DNA from: Euglena gracilis
Taxonomy: Eukaryota
Direction: 5' to 3'
DNA: 64,000 nucleotides
Assembly (NCBI GenBank): GCA_039621445.1
Contig: CP154954.1
Location: 23,882,954-23,946,953 of the forward strand
The position numbers and the translations under genes are program-made. Below are positions 63,551 to 64,000 of this stretch, one piece after another (the stretch's first letter is position 1; each line of letters starts with the position of its first letter). The notes beneath the pieces are model-generated. The model saw only the letters and a list, made by a program, of their open reading frames with translations, was not told the DNA's origin and did no database searches.

Positions 63551-64000
63551 CTGAGACCAGGGGGACCCACCAGGGTCCAAAAATTTAAAAAGGCGACCCA
63601 GCCCGCGGTGAGTTAAAACGCACATCCTGAGCCCCGTGCTTGAACAACAGTGTGCAAAACGTGCGGGGCACCATTGGGCCAAGCTGGCGCTAGCAGCAAG
63701 TCCTAAACCACCTGTACAATGGGAGCCATCGTTGCCCACATTAATGCGCCCCTCCGAGCTGCAGCTCAGCTGCCGAGACTTCAGCACGGCACCAACCCCC
63801 AAGGGGGCGCGCCTGCCTGCCCAATTAGAAACCCTTTCCAAACCCGAAACAAGAAGGTGAGACAGACCCTTCCCCCGGACAGTGAGGGGCACCCCTGCGC
63901 TGTCTCCAAGAGGGCAGCACAGCTGACAGCGCAGTCATGCCCACGCCCGTCTTTGGGGAGGGCCGGGGCCGGCAGGGCTGGCTGGGCCCGGACCGCCTCG

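Overview
Repeat-rich eukaryotic nuclear DNA, very probably from a photosynthetic euglenid. This is inferred from the intron types and a plastid-type presequence; the species cannot be read from the sequence. Nearly all supplied ORFs are spurious; the real genes are split into short minus-strand exons that I reassembled by hand. (1) DNA topoisomerase III-beta, 27 exons from 29673 down to about 274, probably continuing off the left edge. (2) A two-domain Zn-type glyoxalase I, 17 exons, 45468-33419, with a signal peptide, transit region and second hydrophobic helix like a Euglena class I plastid presequence. (3) A poorly resolved third gene at about 47.4-63.6 kb with an LRR-like exon. Eleven introns in genes 1 and 2 are non-GT-AG euglenid-type 'nonconventional' introns whose ends base-pair, one only 41 nt long. 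Introns and intergenic DNA are packed with non-autonomous DNA transposons. Many are hAT-like MITEs with 7-8 bp TSDs. The most unusual is a family of three multi-kb elements, one nested in another. They have 5-bp TSDs, bipartite TIRs CTTAGGCGGCC-N6-GCACTTAAG whose 6-nt spacer is element-specific, and many internal GCGC-N4-GCGC motifs whose spacer is also element-specific.
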